A DNA stretch of 64,000 bases from the NCBI GenBank assembly GCA_964016885.1, contig OZ024748.1:52886001-52950000 (forward strand), given 5' to 3'. Positions 26,281 to 43,130 of the stretch are shown here, piece by piece. The stretch is from Eledone cirrhosa. Lineage: Eukaryota. Under the pieces are notes generated by a model that had not been told where the DNA came from, ran no database searches, and worked only from the letters and a program-made list of their open reading frames with translations. A program made the translations under genes and the position numbers. The first letter of the stretch is position 1. Each line of letters starts with the position of its first letter.

Positions 26281-26759
26281 TATAAGGATCAGTTAAACCT
26301 ATTGAGACAAAAACAAACAAAGGGCAAGTAACTTGCAGTGAAGAAAATAGCTGATAGCTGATAGCTGGTAGCCATAACTAGATGGTGGGAAAAACACTGA
26401 GACAAAACAACGAGATATTAGTCTTGTGAAACGTGTGCAATGGTCATAGTAAAATAGTACAATTTAACAAAAGAAGAGATGGAGAGACACGTGTATCACA
26501 GATGAGAATACAAAATTGGTAACAGGTAAAAAGACATCCCCACGGTAATACAATGCAAATAATTTTTATAGCTAAATATCCTTCTACTAATTGTTGAACT
26601 GGAAAGAAACAGCAGAAAAATCTATATTTTTGTATGTTAATAATTCTGGAAGAAACAGAGTTATGTATCTTGATTGAACACAAGATTAATTTGGTCAGTT
26701 GTCCAACGACTTAATCCAGCATGCAACCATGTCATTCTGCTTTTTATGGACATATGCAT

Positions 26760-28830
<2,071 letters not shown>

Positions 28831-29244
28831 GAATAACTTTGAAATGTTTCGGCCAGTATTGGCCCAGGCCGTGTCTAACTTTATACATATATATAATCAT
28901 ATATATATCCATGTGTGTGTGTGTATATAACTGAGTGTGTAATTTGTACAAAGCACATTAAGTTTATGAATGTATATGACTGAATGAATGAGATCATGCA
29001 GGAAATTGTGACATGAAGCTCAATAAGCACGCCTGAAAGTGTAAAGTGTATAATGTCTATATACATATACACTCATCAATGCCTCTTTGTATTGGTATTA
29101 ATACCAAATTATATATTTTTTCTCCCCTTATACGTGAGGTTCCTCCCAATTCTTTCTTTGATGAGCACTCTATGGTTAGATGCCCTTCCCACCACCAACC
29201 TCTTTACATTGTGTACCAAGAACATTTTTGTCATTTCATTTTAT

Positions 29245-29750
29245 TTTTTTACGTCCACTTTTTCCCTGCTTGCAAGGGTGGGATGGGAACTGATTCTGAT
29301 TGATTTCTACAGCTGGATGCCCTTCCTAACACCAACCTCATTTACAGTGAGTGCTGGGTGCTTTTTTGCCGTGGCACCTCCACAATCGCTTTGCAGTGGA
29401 ATGATAGGGACCCCAGTCCTTATCATCTCATTTCTACAGCTGAGTAAACTGGAGCAATGTGAAATAAAGTGTCTTGCTCAAGGAAACAACACATCACATA
29501 TATATATATATACAAAAAGCACCCAGCCCACACTGTAAAGTGGATGTGTAAGTGTCATGATAAAATGCAGCCAGTCCACAGTAATTGTGGTTGGCATTAG
29601 GAAGGGCATCCAACTGTAGAAACCAAGCCACAATCAGTTCTGTATGAGCCAGTCATGGTCACCTGACCTGGCATTGCTCACAACATCACGACAACTTGTC
29701 CAACCCATGCTAGCGGGGAGAAATTGACATTAAACAATGATGATATGTAT
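29245..29750. mobile_element. SINE-B fragment (minus, about 29245-29497) next to an RTE tail fragment (plus, about 29513-29750)
   Basis: The shared tail ggaagggcatcca.ctgtagaaa occurs in opposite orientations. Confidence 0.8.
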
Positions 29751-29752
29751 GA

Positions 29753-29789
<37 letters not shown>

Positions 29790-29863
29790 TAGATATGTGT
29801 GTGTTTTGTTCATTTGTCTTTATGCATTCATATATGCACAAAACAAACACACTCACACACATG

Positions 29864-29894
<31 letters not shown>

Positions 29895-29942
29895 GCATAT
29901 GTTTACATATGCATATATGTATCTAAATATCTGTCTATCTAT

Positions 29943-30590
29943 AATTGCGAAACAGTCCTGCAAGCAATTGTACACTGCCCGGGCGTAACCGACCTGTGGA
30001 ACTATGCAGAACAACTGCTGTCGCGTATGGGACAAATCCAGTTGACTGCCGAGTCCATAGTAAGGATCAAACTGCCAGCCTCTTTCAAAAACGAAAGAGA
30101 GGCAGTTTTCCACTATGCAGTGGCTATGGTGAAAGAAGTTATATGGTGGACGAGGTTGACTGAGGACAGATGCCTTTCTCTCCAGACAACAATTGATTCC
30201 CTTCTTTAAGTATCACTTTAGAAGGAGAATCAGGGTGGAGAGAGAGGCACTGCACCCCAGTAAATTTACAGAAAGGTGGCTGAATGAAGCGAAAACGGCC
30301 CGAGTGATTGGGCCTTCTCTGTTTACAAGCCTGTAGGTTGAGGAAGAGAGCAAAAGAAAGAAAGGAGCACTTGCACAACACGCTCCTGGAGTTGAGGGTT
30401 GTTCTAGCGACGGGGTATTAAACAACCCATTTGTGGCGCCTCCCCCCTATTGGGATTTCGATTGTTGTAATTGTTTGTTTTTATATTTTTACACGACTGT
30501 ATGTAAAATCCCCGGTATGTTTTTGTATTGTCCCCTTTTCTTGTGCGCCCTTGTGGCTAATAAAGAAATATATCTATCTTTATATCTAAG
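29943..30590 (+). pseudogene. 5'-truncated L1/Tx1-clade non-LTR retrotransposon 3' end
   Basis: CETVLQAIVHCPGVTDLW...AMVKEVIWWTR resembles the C-terminal zinc-knuckle region of L1/Tx1 ORF2 (ET..H...C, W..R); the 3' UTR ends aataaagaaatatatctatct. Confidence 0.7.
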
Positions 30591-31019
30591 TATGTGTAAG
30601 AGTATATTTGTGTGTGTGTGTGTATATATATATATTATGTATATATATATATATATTGTGTATATATGTATATATCTGTATATATGTATGCCATGATGTG
30701 TTCCAAAGTGGACTGTATGACTAATGTATATATAGACACATACACACGTGTGTGTTTGTATTTAATGAGTTTATGTATGTATATCTATGAGTTTATGTAT
30801 CTATATATGTAAGTGCTTATGTGTGTGTATATGTTAATGTTTGTATCTATATGTATGATTTTATGTGTGCATATATCTATGATTTTGTGTGTATATGTAT
30901 GTGTTTATGTATATATATATGTATGTGTTTATATATATATATGTATGAGTTTATGTGAGTATATGTTTATGTGTGTATATATGTGTATATGTTAGTGTTT
31001 ATGTGTGTATATGTCAATG

Positions 31020-31900
31020 TCTGTATGTCCATATGTGTATATGTCAGTGTATATATGCCAGTGTGTGTATGTGTATAAGCCTATATGCCAGTGTGTGTGT
31101 GTATAAGTATATATATGCCAGTGTGTATATGTTTATAAGCCTATATGCCAATGTATGTATGTGTATAAGTAGATATGCCAGTGTGTGTATGTATATAAGC
31201 CTATATGCCAGCGTGTGTATGTTTATAAGCCTATATGCCAGTGTGTGTATGTGTATATGTATATATGCCAGTGTGTGTATGTGTCTAAGCCTATCTGCCA
31301 TTGTGTGTATGTGTATATGAAAGTGTGTATATGTATATAAGCCTATATGCCAGTGTGTGTATGTTTATAAGCCTATATGCCAGTGTGTGTATGTGTATAT
31401 GTATATATGCCAGTGTGTGTATGTGTATAAGCCTATATGCCATTGTGTGTATGTGTATATGAAAGTGTGTGTATGTATATAAGCCTATATGCCAGTGTGT
31501 GTATGTTTATAAGCCTATATGCTAGTGTGTGTATGTGTATAAGCCTATATGCCAGTGTGTGTATGTATATAAGCCTATATGCCAGTGTGTGTATAAGTAT
31601 ATATGCCAGTGTGTGTATGTATATAAGCCTGTATGCCAGTGTGTGTATGTGTCTAAGCCTATATGCCAGTGTGTGTATGTTTATAAGCCTATATGCCAGT
31701 GTGTGTATGTGTATAAGTATATATGCCAGTGTGTGTATGTATATAAGCCTGTATGCCAGTGTGTGTATGTGTATAAGTATGTATGCCAGTGTGTGTATGT
31801 ATATAAGCCTATATGCCAGTGTGTGTATGTATATAAGCCTATATGCCAGTGTGTGTATGTGTCTAAGCCTATATGCCAGTGTGTGTATGTGTATATATGT
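31020..31900. repeat. 30-bp minisatellite
   Basis: Unit aagcctatatgccagtgtgtgtatgtgtat, about 28 copies. Confidence 0.92.
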
Positions 31901-31986
31901 TTGTTTGCTAATACTTTACAGCCGAATGGCTTGCAAAGTGTTATTAGATCAAAATTTTCTGTCGAAATAAGAACACTGTTTCTTAC

Positions 31987-32160
31987 CTGAGGCTTAATAA
32001 TTAAGAAGAATTAATTTACAATTTCATTTTGTGTGTTTCTTCTATAATGAGACGAAAGCAGGATGTGTTCATCTGCAGTATAACAAGAATGTGCCGTAAA
32101 ATCTGCTCAGAAGGTTCCGGAAACTCTTAAATTTTGGCAATTCTCATTTCTTCAGATTAA
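31987..32160 (-). other. Candidate first (non-coding) exon
   Basis: Strong donor cag|gtaaga at 31987/31986; no acceptor upstream, preceded instead on minus by a long GA-rich tract (32160-32715). Confidence 0.4.
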
Positions 32161-33600
32161 TTTCTTTCTCTTCGCTTACTTATTTCTTTCGTTTTTTTTT
32201 TCTTTCTCTTTCTCTTTCTTCCTACTCCTCCTCCTCTTGCTCTCTCCCCTTCTCTCTCTCTCTTTCTTTCTCTCTCTCTTTCTCTCTGTCCCTTTCTTTC
32301 TCTCTCTGTTTATCTTTTTCTCTGTCCCTTTCTCCCTCTCTCTCTCTCTCTCCATTGCTGCCTCTCTCTCCCTCTCCCAATCTTTCTTTCTCTCCCTCTC
32401 TCTCTCTCCCTCTCTCCCTCCCCTTTGCTGGCTCTCTCTCTCCCTCTCTCTCTACCTATCTTTATTTCTCTCTCTCTCTGTCACCCATCACACTCTCTCT
32501 CTCCATCCCTGTCACTCTCCTTCTCCTCATGCTCTTGCTGCCTCTCTCTCTCTCTCTATCTCTCTCAGTCTCAATCTTCCTCTCTCCCTCTTTGTCACCT
32601 TCTCTCCTCCTTTTCACTCTGTCTCCCTCTCTCCTCCTTTTCACTCTGTCTCCCTCTCTCCTCCTTTTCACACTGTCTCCCCCTCTCTATCTCTATATCC
32701 CTCTCTCACTCTCCATAATTATTATTATTATTATTAAATAGTTATGTATGTTTGTTATGATGTTGTCATAGTTTTAATTGCTTTATTGTTTTTACATATA
32801 ATATTTATCAGTTTTATATATTTTATTTTTTATTTTGTTTGTATGGATACATTGTTTATTTTTTATTATTTTTAGTTTGGTCTTGTTTTTTTTAACTTCT
32901 TTGTTTGTCTGTTTGTTTGTGTGGATGTTGTTTTTTTTATTCCTCTTGGTGTTGTTACTGTTGTTGTTGTCTACTATGGAAGTATATGTATTGTTTTGGG
33001 GCGTTGGAGTGGGGGAGGGCGTTGTATTTTAATAATCTTGTCTTTAATTATTTCTCAGTATTTTTAACTGAGACTGTATTGTTGATGATGGATTGAGGGG
33101 TATGAGGTGTGGGAGGAGTGTTAGAGAGGGAGGCAGGGAGGGGTAATGAAAGAGGGAGAGGGTAATGAGAGTGAGGCAGGGAGTAATAAGAGAGAGAGAG
33201 GGAGAGGGTAATGAGAGAGAGGCAGGGAGTAATGAGAGAGATGCAGAGAGTAATAAGAGAGAGAGGGAGTAATGAGAGAGGGAGGAAGTAATGAGAGAGG
33301 CAGGGAGTAATAAGAGAGAGGGAGAGGGTAATGACAGAGAGGCAGGGAGTAATGAGAGGGAGAGGGTAATGAGATAGAGGGAGAGGGTAATGAGAGAGAA
33401 GGAGGAAGTAATGAGAGAAAGAGGGTGTAATGAGAGAGGCAGGGAGTAATGAGAGAGAGGCAGGGACTAATGAGAGAGGGAGGAAGTAATAAGAGAGAGA
33501 GGGAGTAATGAGAGAGAGAGTGTGTGTAATTAGAGAGAGAAAGTAATGAGAGAGAGAGAGAGAGATAATGAGAGAGAGACAGAGAGATAATGGCAGTCAG
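32160..33600. repeat. CT-rich tract (32160-32715) and GA-rich tract (33120-33595) flanking a T-rich spacer
   Basis: Read directly; the GA tract is built of gagagagggagagggtaat-like units. Confidence 0.85.
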
Positions 33601-34134
33601 AAGAATGTGAGAGAAACAAAAACAAGTAAATATATATATTATGCATAATAAATGGATATTCATATATATGTCTATATGTTTGTATATATATATGTGTGCA
33701 TATGTATGTCTCTCTCTATATATACATATACATATATGTATAGATGTATGTATATATATATATATATCTATGTATATATATATATATATATATATGTATA
33801 TAAGTATATATGTATGTATATATATATATATGTATATAAGTATATATATATGTATATATATATATATATATATATGTGTATATATAGTTATATGTATATA
33901 TATATGTATATATATATATATGTATATATCTATATATATATATATATATGTATGTATATGTATATATATATGTGTATGTATGTATATATATATATATATA
34001 TATGTATGTATATATATATGTGTGTGTGTGTATATATATGTGTGTATATATATATGTGTATATATATATGTGTATATATATATATGTATATATGTATATA
34101 TATATATATATGTGTATATATATATGTGTATATA

Positions 34135-34172
<38 letters not shown>

Positions 34173-34479
34173 GAAAGAGAAAGAGATAGAGAGAGAGGGA
34201 GAGATAATGTGCTGAAACCATATAGATAACCTTATAAACAATCTGAAAAGGGAGCTAAACAAATATATGAACATATATAGAAACAAACGAATGATTGAAC
34301 AAACAAGCTAACACGCTAATAAGCTGGATAAAATAAATCTATTGATAAATGAGAGAGACACAAACACACAGACAGCCAGACAAACAGACAGAGAGTGTTT
34401 TACAGATACACAGAACTATAGACAGATAATAGTCTGTAGGCTAACAGATCATTGAAGAGACATTCATATACAAGCATCA

Positions 34480-36590
34480 TTATTGTCAAATATAGTTAAA
34501 CAGCCAGCTCTACCAATCAAACAATTAGTGTACACAGACATTGCTGCTAATAGACAGCTCAATAATAATCATATAGTACTGTAAATAGATAGTTTTACAG
34601 GGAAATAATGTGGAAAGTATAGATCTTCAATCAAATATGGTTGAAAACTAACAGCCCTACAATCAAACATTGATGTAAATAGACAGCCCTAACATCAGAC
34701 AGTATCACAAATAGTCAGCTCTACAGTCAAACAATACAATACATAGATAACTCTACAAACAATACAGTGGATAGTTAGCTCTACAATCAAACAATTCAAT
34801 ACATAGACAAATCTACAATCAAACAATACAATAGACAGACAACTCTACAATCAAACAATACAATTGATAGACAACTTTACAATCAATCAATACAATAGAC
34901 AGACAACTCTACAATCAAACAATACAATAGACAGACAACTCTACAATCAATCAATACAATAAACAGACAACTCTACAATCAATCAATACAATAGATAGAC
35001 AACTTTACAATCAAACAATACAATAGACAAACAACTCTACAATCAAACAATACAATAGATAGATAGCTCTACAACCAACAAATGGTGTAAAGACAACTCT
35101 ACCTTCAACTAGTGTTGTAAATAGTTCTACCATCAAACAATACTGTAAATAGACTTCTACCATCAAACAATACTGTAAACAGACAGTGTTGTAAATAGAC
35201 AGTTCTACCATCAAATAGTGTTGTAAATAGACAGTTCTACCATAAAGCAATACTGTAAACAGACAGTTCTACCATCAAACAGTGTTGTAAACAGACAGTT
35301 CTACCATCAAATAGTGTTGTAAATAGACAGTTCTACCATCAAACAGTGTTGTAAATAGACAGTTCTACCATAAAACAATACTGTAAATATGTAAACAGAC
35401 AGTTCTACAATGAAACAATGTTATAAATAGACAGTTCTACAATCAAATGATACTGTAATCAGACAATTCTGTCAAAGAATATTGTAGATAGACAGTTCTA
35501 CCATCAAATAATGTAAATTGACATCAGCTCTTCAATACAACAGTGTTGTAAACAGTCAGCTCTACAATCACAATACTATCAAAAGACAACTTTACCATCA
35601 AACAATATTCTAGATAGACATTTTTACCATCAAACAATATTCTAGATAGACATTTCTACCATCAAACAATATTCTAGATAAACAGTTCTACCATCAAACA
35701 ATATTCTAGATAGACAGTTCTACCATCAAACAATATTCTAGATAGACAGTTCTACCATCAAACAATATTCTAGATAGACAGTTCTACCATCAAACAATAT
35801 TCTAGATAGACAGTTCTACCATCAAACAATATTCTAGATAGACAGTTCTACCATCAAACAATATTCTAGATAGACAGTTCTACCATCAAACAATATTCTA
35901 GATAGACAGTTCTACCATCAAACAATATTCTAGATAGACAGTTCTACCATCAAACAATATTCTAGATAGACAGTTCTACCATCAAACAATATTCTAGATA
36001 GACAGTTCTACCATCAAACAATATTCTAGATAGACAGTTCTACCATCAAACAATATTCTAGATAGACAGTTCTACCATCAAACAATATTCTAGATAGACA
36101 GTTCTACCATCAAACAATATTCTAGATAAACAGTTCTACCATCAAACAATATTCTAGATAGACAGCTCTACCATCAAACAATATTCTAGATAGACAGTTC
36201 TGCTATTAAACAATACAATATGTAGACAGATTTACCATTATGTCATTCGGTAGCCACTTCCTTAGTAATACACTGATGTAGAAAGCTCTATGATCATACA
36301 ATACTGTAAATAGATAACTCTACAATCAAACAATACTGTAAATAGATAACTCTGTGATCAAACAATGATGTAAATAAATAGCTCTACAATCATAGTGATG
36401 TAGATAGCTCTACAGTCATACAGTGATGTAGATACATATTTACAGTATTGTTGATTGTAGAGCTATCTACATCATTGTATGATTGTAGAGTTATTTATTT
36501 ACAGTATTGTTTGATTGTAGAGCTAACTCTGCAATCCAACAATGATGTAAATAGACAATTCAACAGTCAAACAGAACAGAATATTAAGGC
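34480..36590. repeat. 32-bp minisatellite with a homogeneous core (about 35590-36200), diverged flanks and an inverted block (about 36437-36525)
   Basis: Unit tagacagttctaccatcaaacaatattctaga. Confidence 0.9.
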
Positions 36591-37042
36591 ATATATTGTT
36601 GACAGGTGCTCCACAGTAGCTGAAAGGATAAGAGTTTAGATTTGTGAGACCCCATTTGATCATAATAGTGAGAGATGGGGAGGGCAGGAAGAACAGATGA
36701 TGACAGTGGGAGTTTGGTTCCTCTGTGTTCAGACCTGGTGTACATGTGTGTGTAAAATTTTACACTTATTTTTGGCTTTTACTGCTATTGATATATAAGA
36801 AAATAGTCTTCCAGAAAATAAAAGTACAATTTATATAATATATTTGTGACACTTGACTGTGTGAAACTCAGTTTAGCTGACATTTTAAATATACCTTCAT
36901 GAACATCTGTTGTTTAGTTGACCAATGTTGAGCCAACATAGGTACCTCTGCCTGGTTATTTGACTTGTTAGAAATAACAACCAAATCTTCCCCAAACTAC
37001 TCCCTTAAATCTTAAAATTTCGGAAGGAAGGATTGGAAGACC

Positions 37043-37350
37043 ATCATCATCATCACCGTTTTACGTCAATGTCTCCACCCTAGCATGGGTTAGACAGGTT
37101 GTCCTGTTGTGGGCAATGCCAGGTCAGGTGACCGTGTCTTGCTCATATAGGACTGATTTTGGCTCGGTTTCTACAGCTGGATACCCTTCCTAACACCTAC
37201 CTCATTTACAGTGAATACTAGGTGCTTTTTTACTATGGCACCTACATGACAATTTATAATGTGGACTGGGTGCTTTTTTGTCATGACATCTACATGACCA
37301 CTTTCCAGTGGGAGAGGCGTAGGGCATATTGTCTATATGCTTCAGCTTCA
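37043..37350 (-). mobile_element. RTE 3'-UTR fragment
   Basis: Colinear with about 52620-52935. Confidence 0.8.
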
Positions 37351-37509
37351 GTTTGTACCCATGGGAAGGCAAAAAGACAAATTGGTCAATGCTAGAACAT
37401 ATCTGACCAATAACCTGTTCATTCTTTTTGGGGGTGCAGTTGTACTCCGACACAACCCCCAAAAAACACCACTGGTTTCAGGCTGTTTAGTCTCAAAAGG
37501 GTTAACTAA

Positions 37510-38080
37510 ACATAATGCTGGCATTGATAGGATATGATCTGCTGTGAGCATATTACATTGCATGTGTAATACTGATGATGTGCATGAACACTGAAGTGCA
37601 GATGAGCTAAGAGAAAACCTGAGTATAGAAGGAATCAAATGCACTGCACAAGAGAGAAGACCTGTAGTGAGTATTGATGAGGATCCTTGGGCAAAAAGTT
37701 ATCAATAGGTCCAAGTGGAAGGAAGCTGCAGTAGAGAAAGACCTAAAGACCTGGGCAGAAGTGGTGGGAACTGATCACAAGCCACTGAACCTTACAAAGG
37801 AGATAACAAAGAAACACAATGACTGGAGGGGGGACTGAGCTGTAGGGAACCTGTACAACCCATGCAAGCTTGTAAAGATGATGAACAGTGCAAAGAAATC
37901 TAAGTGGAAAGAAGCTGCAGTAGAGGAATACTGATAAGAACTGATCTGATGGCATTAAACCTCAGAGAGCAATGAGATATGATGTGTGGGGAAATAATGT
38001 AAAGAGGAGTACATGTCCAACATATGTGAGTGCATGGAAAGACAGATGTAAAATGTTAATAATGCTGATGATGATGATGA
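37510..38080 (+). pseudogene. Decayed RTE 3' end remnants
   Basis: ELRENLSIEGIKCTAQERR at about 37603 matches ELRERLSIRGIKCCVQERR of the intact RT; (gat)n tail. Confidence 0.65.
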
Positions 38081-39754
38081 TGCCTTATCAACTAAATTGT
38101 TTCCACTCTTTATATGACAAAAGTGCTTAAATATTGAACATTTCTTTCTTGTCTCATAACAAAGCAGAAACAATCAGTAAAAATGGAAGAATTACAAACT
38201 GCATGGCTTCCATCAAAACATGGATAACATTGAAAGTATTGATGCTAATTAAATACGTCAGATTATTTTAATTTCGATGACTCCGAAATTAGTTAGAATT
38301 TGTAATTATGAGGAAACAACCATAACATTATATCTGAAATTTTAACTTCGTTGACATTGAAATCAATACTTTAGTGTTCAGATATCTATAGACACATGTT
38401 AGCATTTCTAATATTGATTTTCTTTTGAGAAAATATGAGGTTAATTCTTGTATGTTTGGACTAATGTCAATTGAATGAAACCTGGCATATCACTGGTACC
38501 TACTCTATCAATTTCAGAGAGAAAGACAAAGACGGGGACAAGTCAATAAGTAGGGTTTTAATGTAGTAAATTGACTTCCTAGAAATAGCAACCATAACAA
38601 TCTCAAGTCACATTGTACTGATGTATGAGAAGCATGCACATTAATTAATGTGGTTCAAGGTACATTGTACCAAGGGAAAAGAATGGCTGGATTGCCTTTT
38701 TTCATGGTTCTGCTCAATCAAGGATGACCTAGGGTTAATTAACCGCCACTGACACCACCACCACCACCACCACAACAACAGCTATTAACACTTCATAAGC
38801 AAGTTAATTAAGAATCCCCAATGTGGTTCACGGGTCTGCTAGAAATAGCAGCGAAATCTGTCAAATTAAACTCTAGTTTCTTGAAAAAACAATAAGCAGC
38901 AAGTACACACTGGATAATGTAGTCATAGATATAATATGTCTGACTGGAATAGGGAGGCATAGTGACAGCTGGAAGAATTTGGTCATAGATCTGTTTCATG
39001 AGGCTTGATGTTAGTTAAGATGACAACTACTGCCACCACTACCACCACCATAACCCAGTAACAACAATATCAACAACAACAACATTGGAGAAATGACATG
39101 TAATGTTGACAGTGGCGGCATTTGAACTTGAAACATATAGGAAGGAGAGTTAATGCTTTAACGGTATTTAGTATTCTGTCATCTGATCTACTACTCCTCC
39201 TGCCACTCCTAAAATATTTGAAATATTGATACTGCCTCAAGATGACAGATTATAAAATTTTCCTGCACTTTGACCTCTCATGTTAGTAATTACAAAGACG
39301 CCAATAATGTCAGAATGTGTAATTTTGGTGGCACCATTGTATAATAGAATTTATAGTTCTGGTGTCCAGGGATATGTCATAAATGTAATAATAATGACCT
39401 TTGACCAGTAAAAATTTGTCAATTTGTGCCTCCGAGATATGTCACAGTTTATATAATTTTCATTACGACTGGAACTAATCAAATATGGGATATTAAGCAG
39501 TCTGGACTTCTAAGAATTGTTAATTTTCTCTGCTTTGGACTTGTCAGAATTTATAATTCCTATGACCTTGCTCCTGTCAAAATGTTAAATTTTCAATTTT
39601 GACCACCCACATACGTGTCAAAATATTTAATTTCTGTGACTTTAGATCAGTCAAGATTTGTAAATGATATTCTAAACCTGTCAAACGTTTTACAACTATG
39701 ATGATGATGATGGTAATTTACATATCAGGGTTTGTAAATATATCCAGCCTCTCA

Positions 39755-40800
39755 CTGTAAAAAGGCAGTGAATTGGTAGAAGCATTAAGTAGAGTGGTGG
39801 ATGGACTGCTTGGTGGTATGTTTCAGTGTGTGGTATTCTGAGTTCAAAATTTACTGCAGTTAACTTTGAATGCATTTTAATACCAAACCATTTGAAGTTG
39901 CTTCTGGTTTTAAGACATAAAACTGTTTATCTTAAAGTTTTTGATGATGACAGTCTTCTTCGTCTTCACCCACTTATTCCTGGGGGTCGTGGGGGAAGAG
40001 TCCTCAAACATTCCCTCCAGCAGGTCCTGTCAGAAGCAACTGTTTCCAACTGATCCAGCTGGATCCCCAAGCATGACCAGCCAAGCTCATTGACGTTTAC
40101 CAACTATCTTGCTTGGTTATTTCCCATAAAATCTATCCAGCGATTCTTTCCTGAGACATTCTAACCACATTCCCATAATATCAGATCTGTGATCTCTCAT
40201 TTCGGAGAAGTAGTGTCTCTACATGGAGTGACTCTCTGATCTCTGAGCTATGCACTTTATTGAGTAAGGTTACTCCAAAGACACTGTTAATCTTAAAGTA
40301 TGTGATGATGGAAATTAACATATTAGAGTTTGGAAATTTATCCAATCTCTTCCTGTTAAAAAGGCAGTGAAATGGCAGAAGCATTAGAACAGTGGATGAA
40401 CTGCTGCTGGTGGTATATGTTCTCAGTTTGTCATGTTCTCAGTTCAGCATTCACTGCAGTCAACTTTGACTTTCATTCATTAACCATTTTGTTACCAAAC
40501 CATTTGAAGTTGTTTCTGGTTTTAAGATACAAAACTGTTCATCATGAAGTATTTATATTGGAGTAATGTTACTTGATAGAGTCCATAGCTTGGAGGTCAG
40601 AGAGTCACTACTTGTAGAGTTGCAACTTCTCCAAATTGACAGATCTCAACCCTGATATTACAGGTATGTAGTTAGAATGTCTCAGGAAATAATCACTGGA
40701 AAGATTTTATGGGCAAAACCAACTAGCTGGAGACCCAGTGGTAGACCCCAAGCAAGATGGTTGAATGACATCCATGAGTTTGGATGGTCTCGCTTGGGGA
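39755..40800. mobile_element. Old duplicated SINE-head segment interleaved with two oppositely oriented RTE-clade fragments
   Basis: About 39760-39940 resembles 40359-40550. RT C-terminal pieces occur on minus (about 39960-40290, GVTLLNKVHSSEIRESLHVE) and plus (about 40558-40800, [14 protein letters not shown]). Confidence 0.65.
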
Positions 40801-41094
40801 CCGTGGTGGTGATGAGATTGATGATGGTGATGATGCTGATTGTGGTCATTGTGGCGGTGATGTTGGTAGTGATGACAATGATGATGGTGGTGTTGATGAG
40901 GATGATGGTGGTGGTGGCTTGTGTCATGATGGTGGTGATGACACTGATAATGATGATGATGTTGATGATGATTATAGGGATGATGGAGGGAGTTGGTGTT
41001 GTGATGATTGTGGTAGTCATGGAGATGATGGTTAGCTTGGTGGCAATGATGATAATGATGATGGTGAAGGTGTTGATAGTGTTGATAGTAGGTG

Positions 41095-41128
<34 letters not shown>

Positions 41129-41218
41129 CCTACATGTATATATATATGTATATATATACATGTGTTTGTGTATATATATACGTATGTGTGTATATATATG
41201 TATGTGTGTATTTATATA

Positions 41219-41261
<43 letters not shown>

Positions 41262-41388
41262 ATATATATATATACATGTGTGTATGTGTATATATATATA
41301 TATATATATGTGTGTGCCTGTGTGTGTCTATATTTTTATGTGGGTGTATATATACGTGTGTGTATATATATACGTGTGTGTGTATATA

Positions 41389-41434
<46 letters not shown>

Positions 41435-42089
41435 CATGGGTGTATGTGTATATATATATGTATGTGTATATATGTATGTATGTTTGTATATATATGTGTA
41501 TGTGTGTATATATATATATATATACATGCATGTATGTGTATATATATATATATATATATGTGTTTGTCTGTGTGTGTCTATATTTTTTATGTGTGTGTGT
41601 GTGTGTCTGTTTGCCTCTATGTGTAGCATGATGTTGTGCAGTTTACGAGCGATTCACACACATCTCTATATGTGTGTATGTAATTGATATGTGGTTAAAA
41701 CATTTTAACCTCACAATCACACAACACCAGCACAGAGCAAAACCTACAAACTGATAAAAATACTTACATATACAAGAGATAAAGAAATAGAACCAAAACA
41801 AAAATAAGAGCCATCCATTAAATATATTTCTCCTGTTCCATAGAACATGTAAAGGAATAAACTTTGTTTTAAACTAATTATAGCAAAGGTTAACACACTT
41901 TAAATTGTTTTCCTAATTACCGAGGCCAAATTTACAAAAGGTTAAATGGTTAAATTCTGAAAACAGGGATGAAAAACTAATTATCATATATATATACACA
42001 TCCACACTCTTATATATATATATATGTATATGTGTATATATATATTTATATATGTATATATGTATGTGTATATATACAGGCTTAATATA

Positions 42090-42712
42090 TACATGGCTTA
42101 GTGGTTAGAGCATTGGGCTTGCAATCGAAAGGTTATGAGTTCAATTCTCGGACCGGGTGATGTGTCGTTTCCTTGAGCAAGACACTTTATTTCATTGCTG
42201 AAGAACGTACATAAAACGGTGGTGATGTTGTACATATATACACATACACACATATATACATATACTTGTGTTTGTATGTATATATATATATATAAATACA
42301 CACATACATATATATACTTACGTTTGTGTATATACATATATATATATATATTTATATGATGATATATAATTATATATATATATGCACACACATATATATC
42401 ATCATCATCATTTTTACGTCCGCTTTTCCCTGGACGGGAACTGATTCTGGCTTGATTTCTACAACTGGATGCCCTTCCTAACACCAATCTCATTTACAGT
42501 GAGTGCTGGGTGCTTTTTTGCCGTGGCACCTCCACGATCACTTTGCAGTGGAATGATATGGACCCCAGTCCCTATCATCTCATTTCTACAGCTGAGTAAA
42601 CTGGAGCAACGGAAATAAAGTGTCTTGCTCAAGGAAACAACACATCACCTGGTCTGAGAATTGAACTGACAACCTTTCGATTGCAAGGCCAATGCTCTTA
42701 CCACTAAGCCAT
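42090..42712. mobile_element. SINE-B head (plus, about 42090-42198) and near-full SINE-B (minus, about 42398-42712)
   Basis: Family consensus, arranged as an inverted pair. Confidence 0.85.
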
Positions 42713-42742
42713 ATATATATATATACATATATATATATATGA

Positions 42743-42875
<133 letters not shown>

Positions 42876-43130
42876 CATCTGTGTAGATTGTATATCCAAA
42901 CATAGAGAAGCATAGTTAATAGGACGGAACAGTTCTTAAATTTACTCAATGTTTCTAACAAAATGTTCCTCTTTTAAAGAAGAGTTCTCTTTCCCTTAAA
43001 AACACGAATATCAAACCAGCCACATATTTCATCATAATTGCTCGGTTATAGTTAAAATCTATCTAACTTGGTATATATATTTGTATATATTATGTGTGTG
43101 TACATATGTATATGTAAATATATATGTTTA

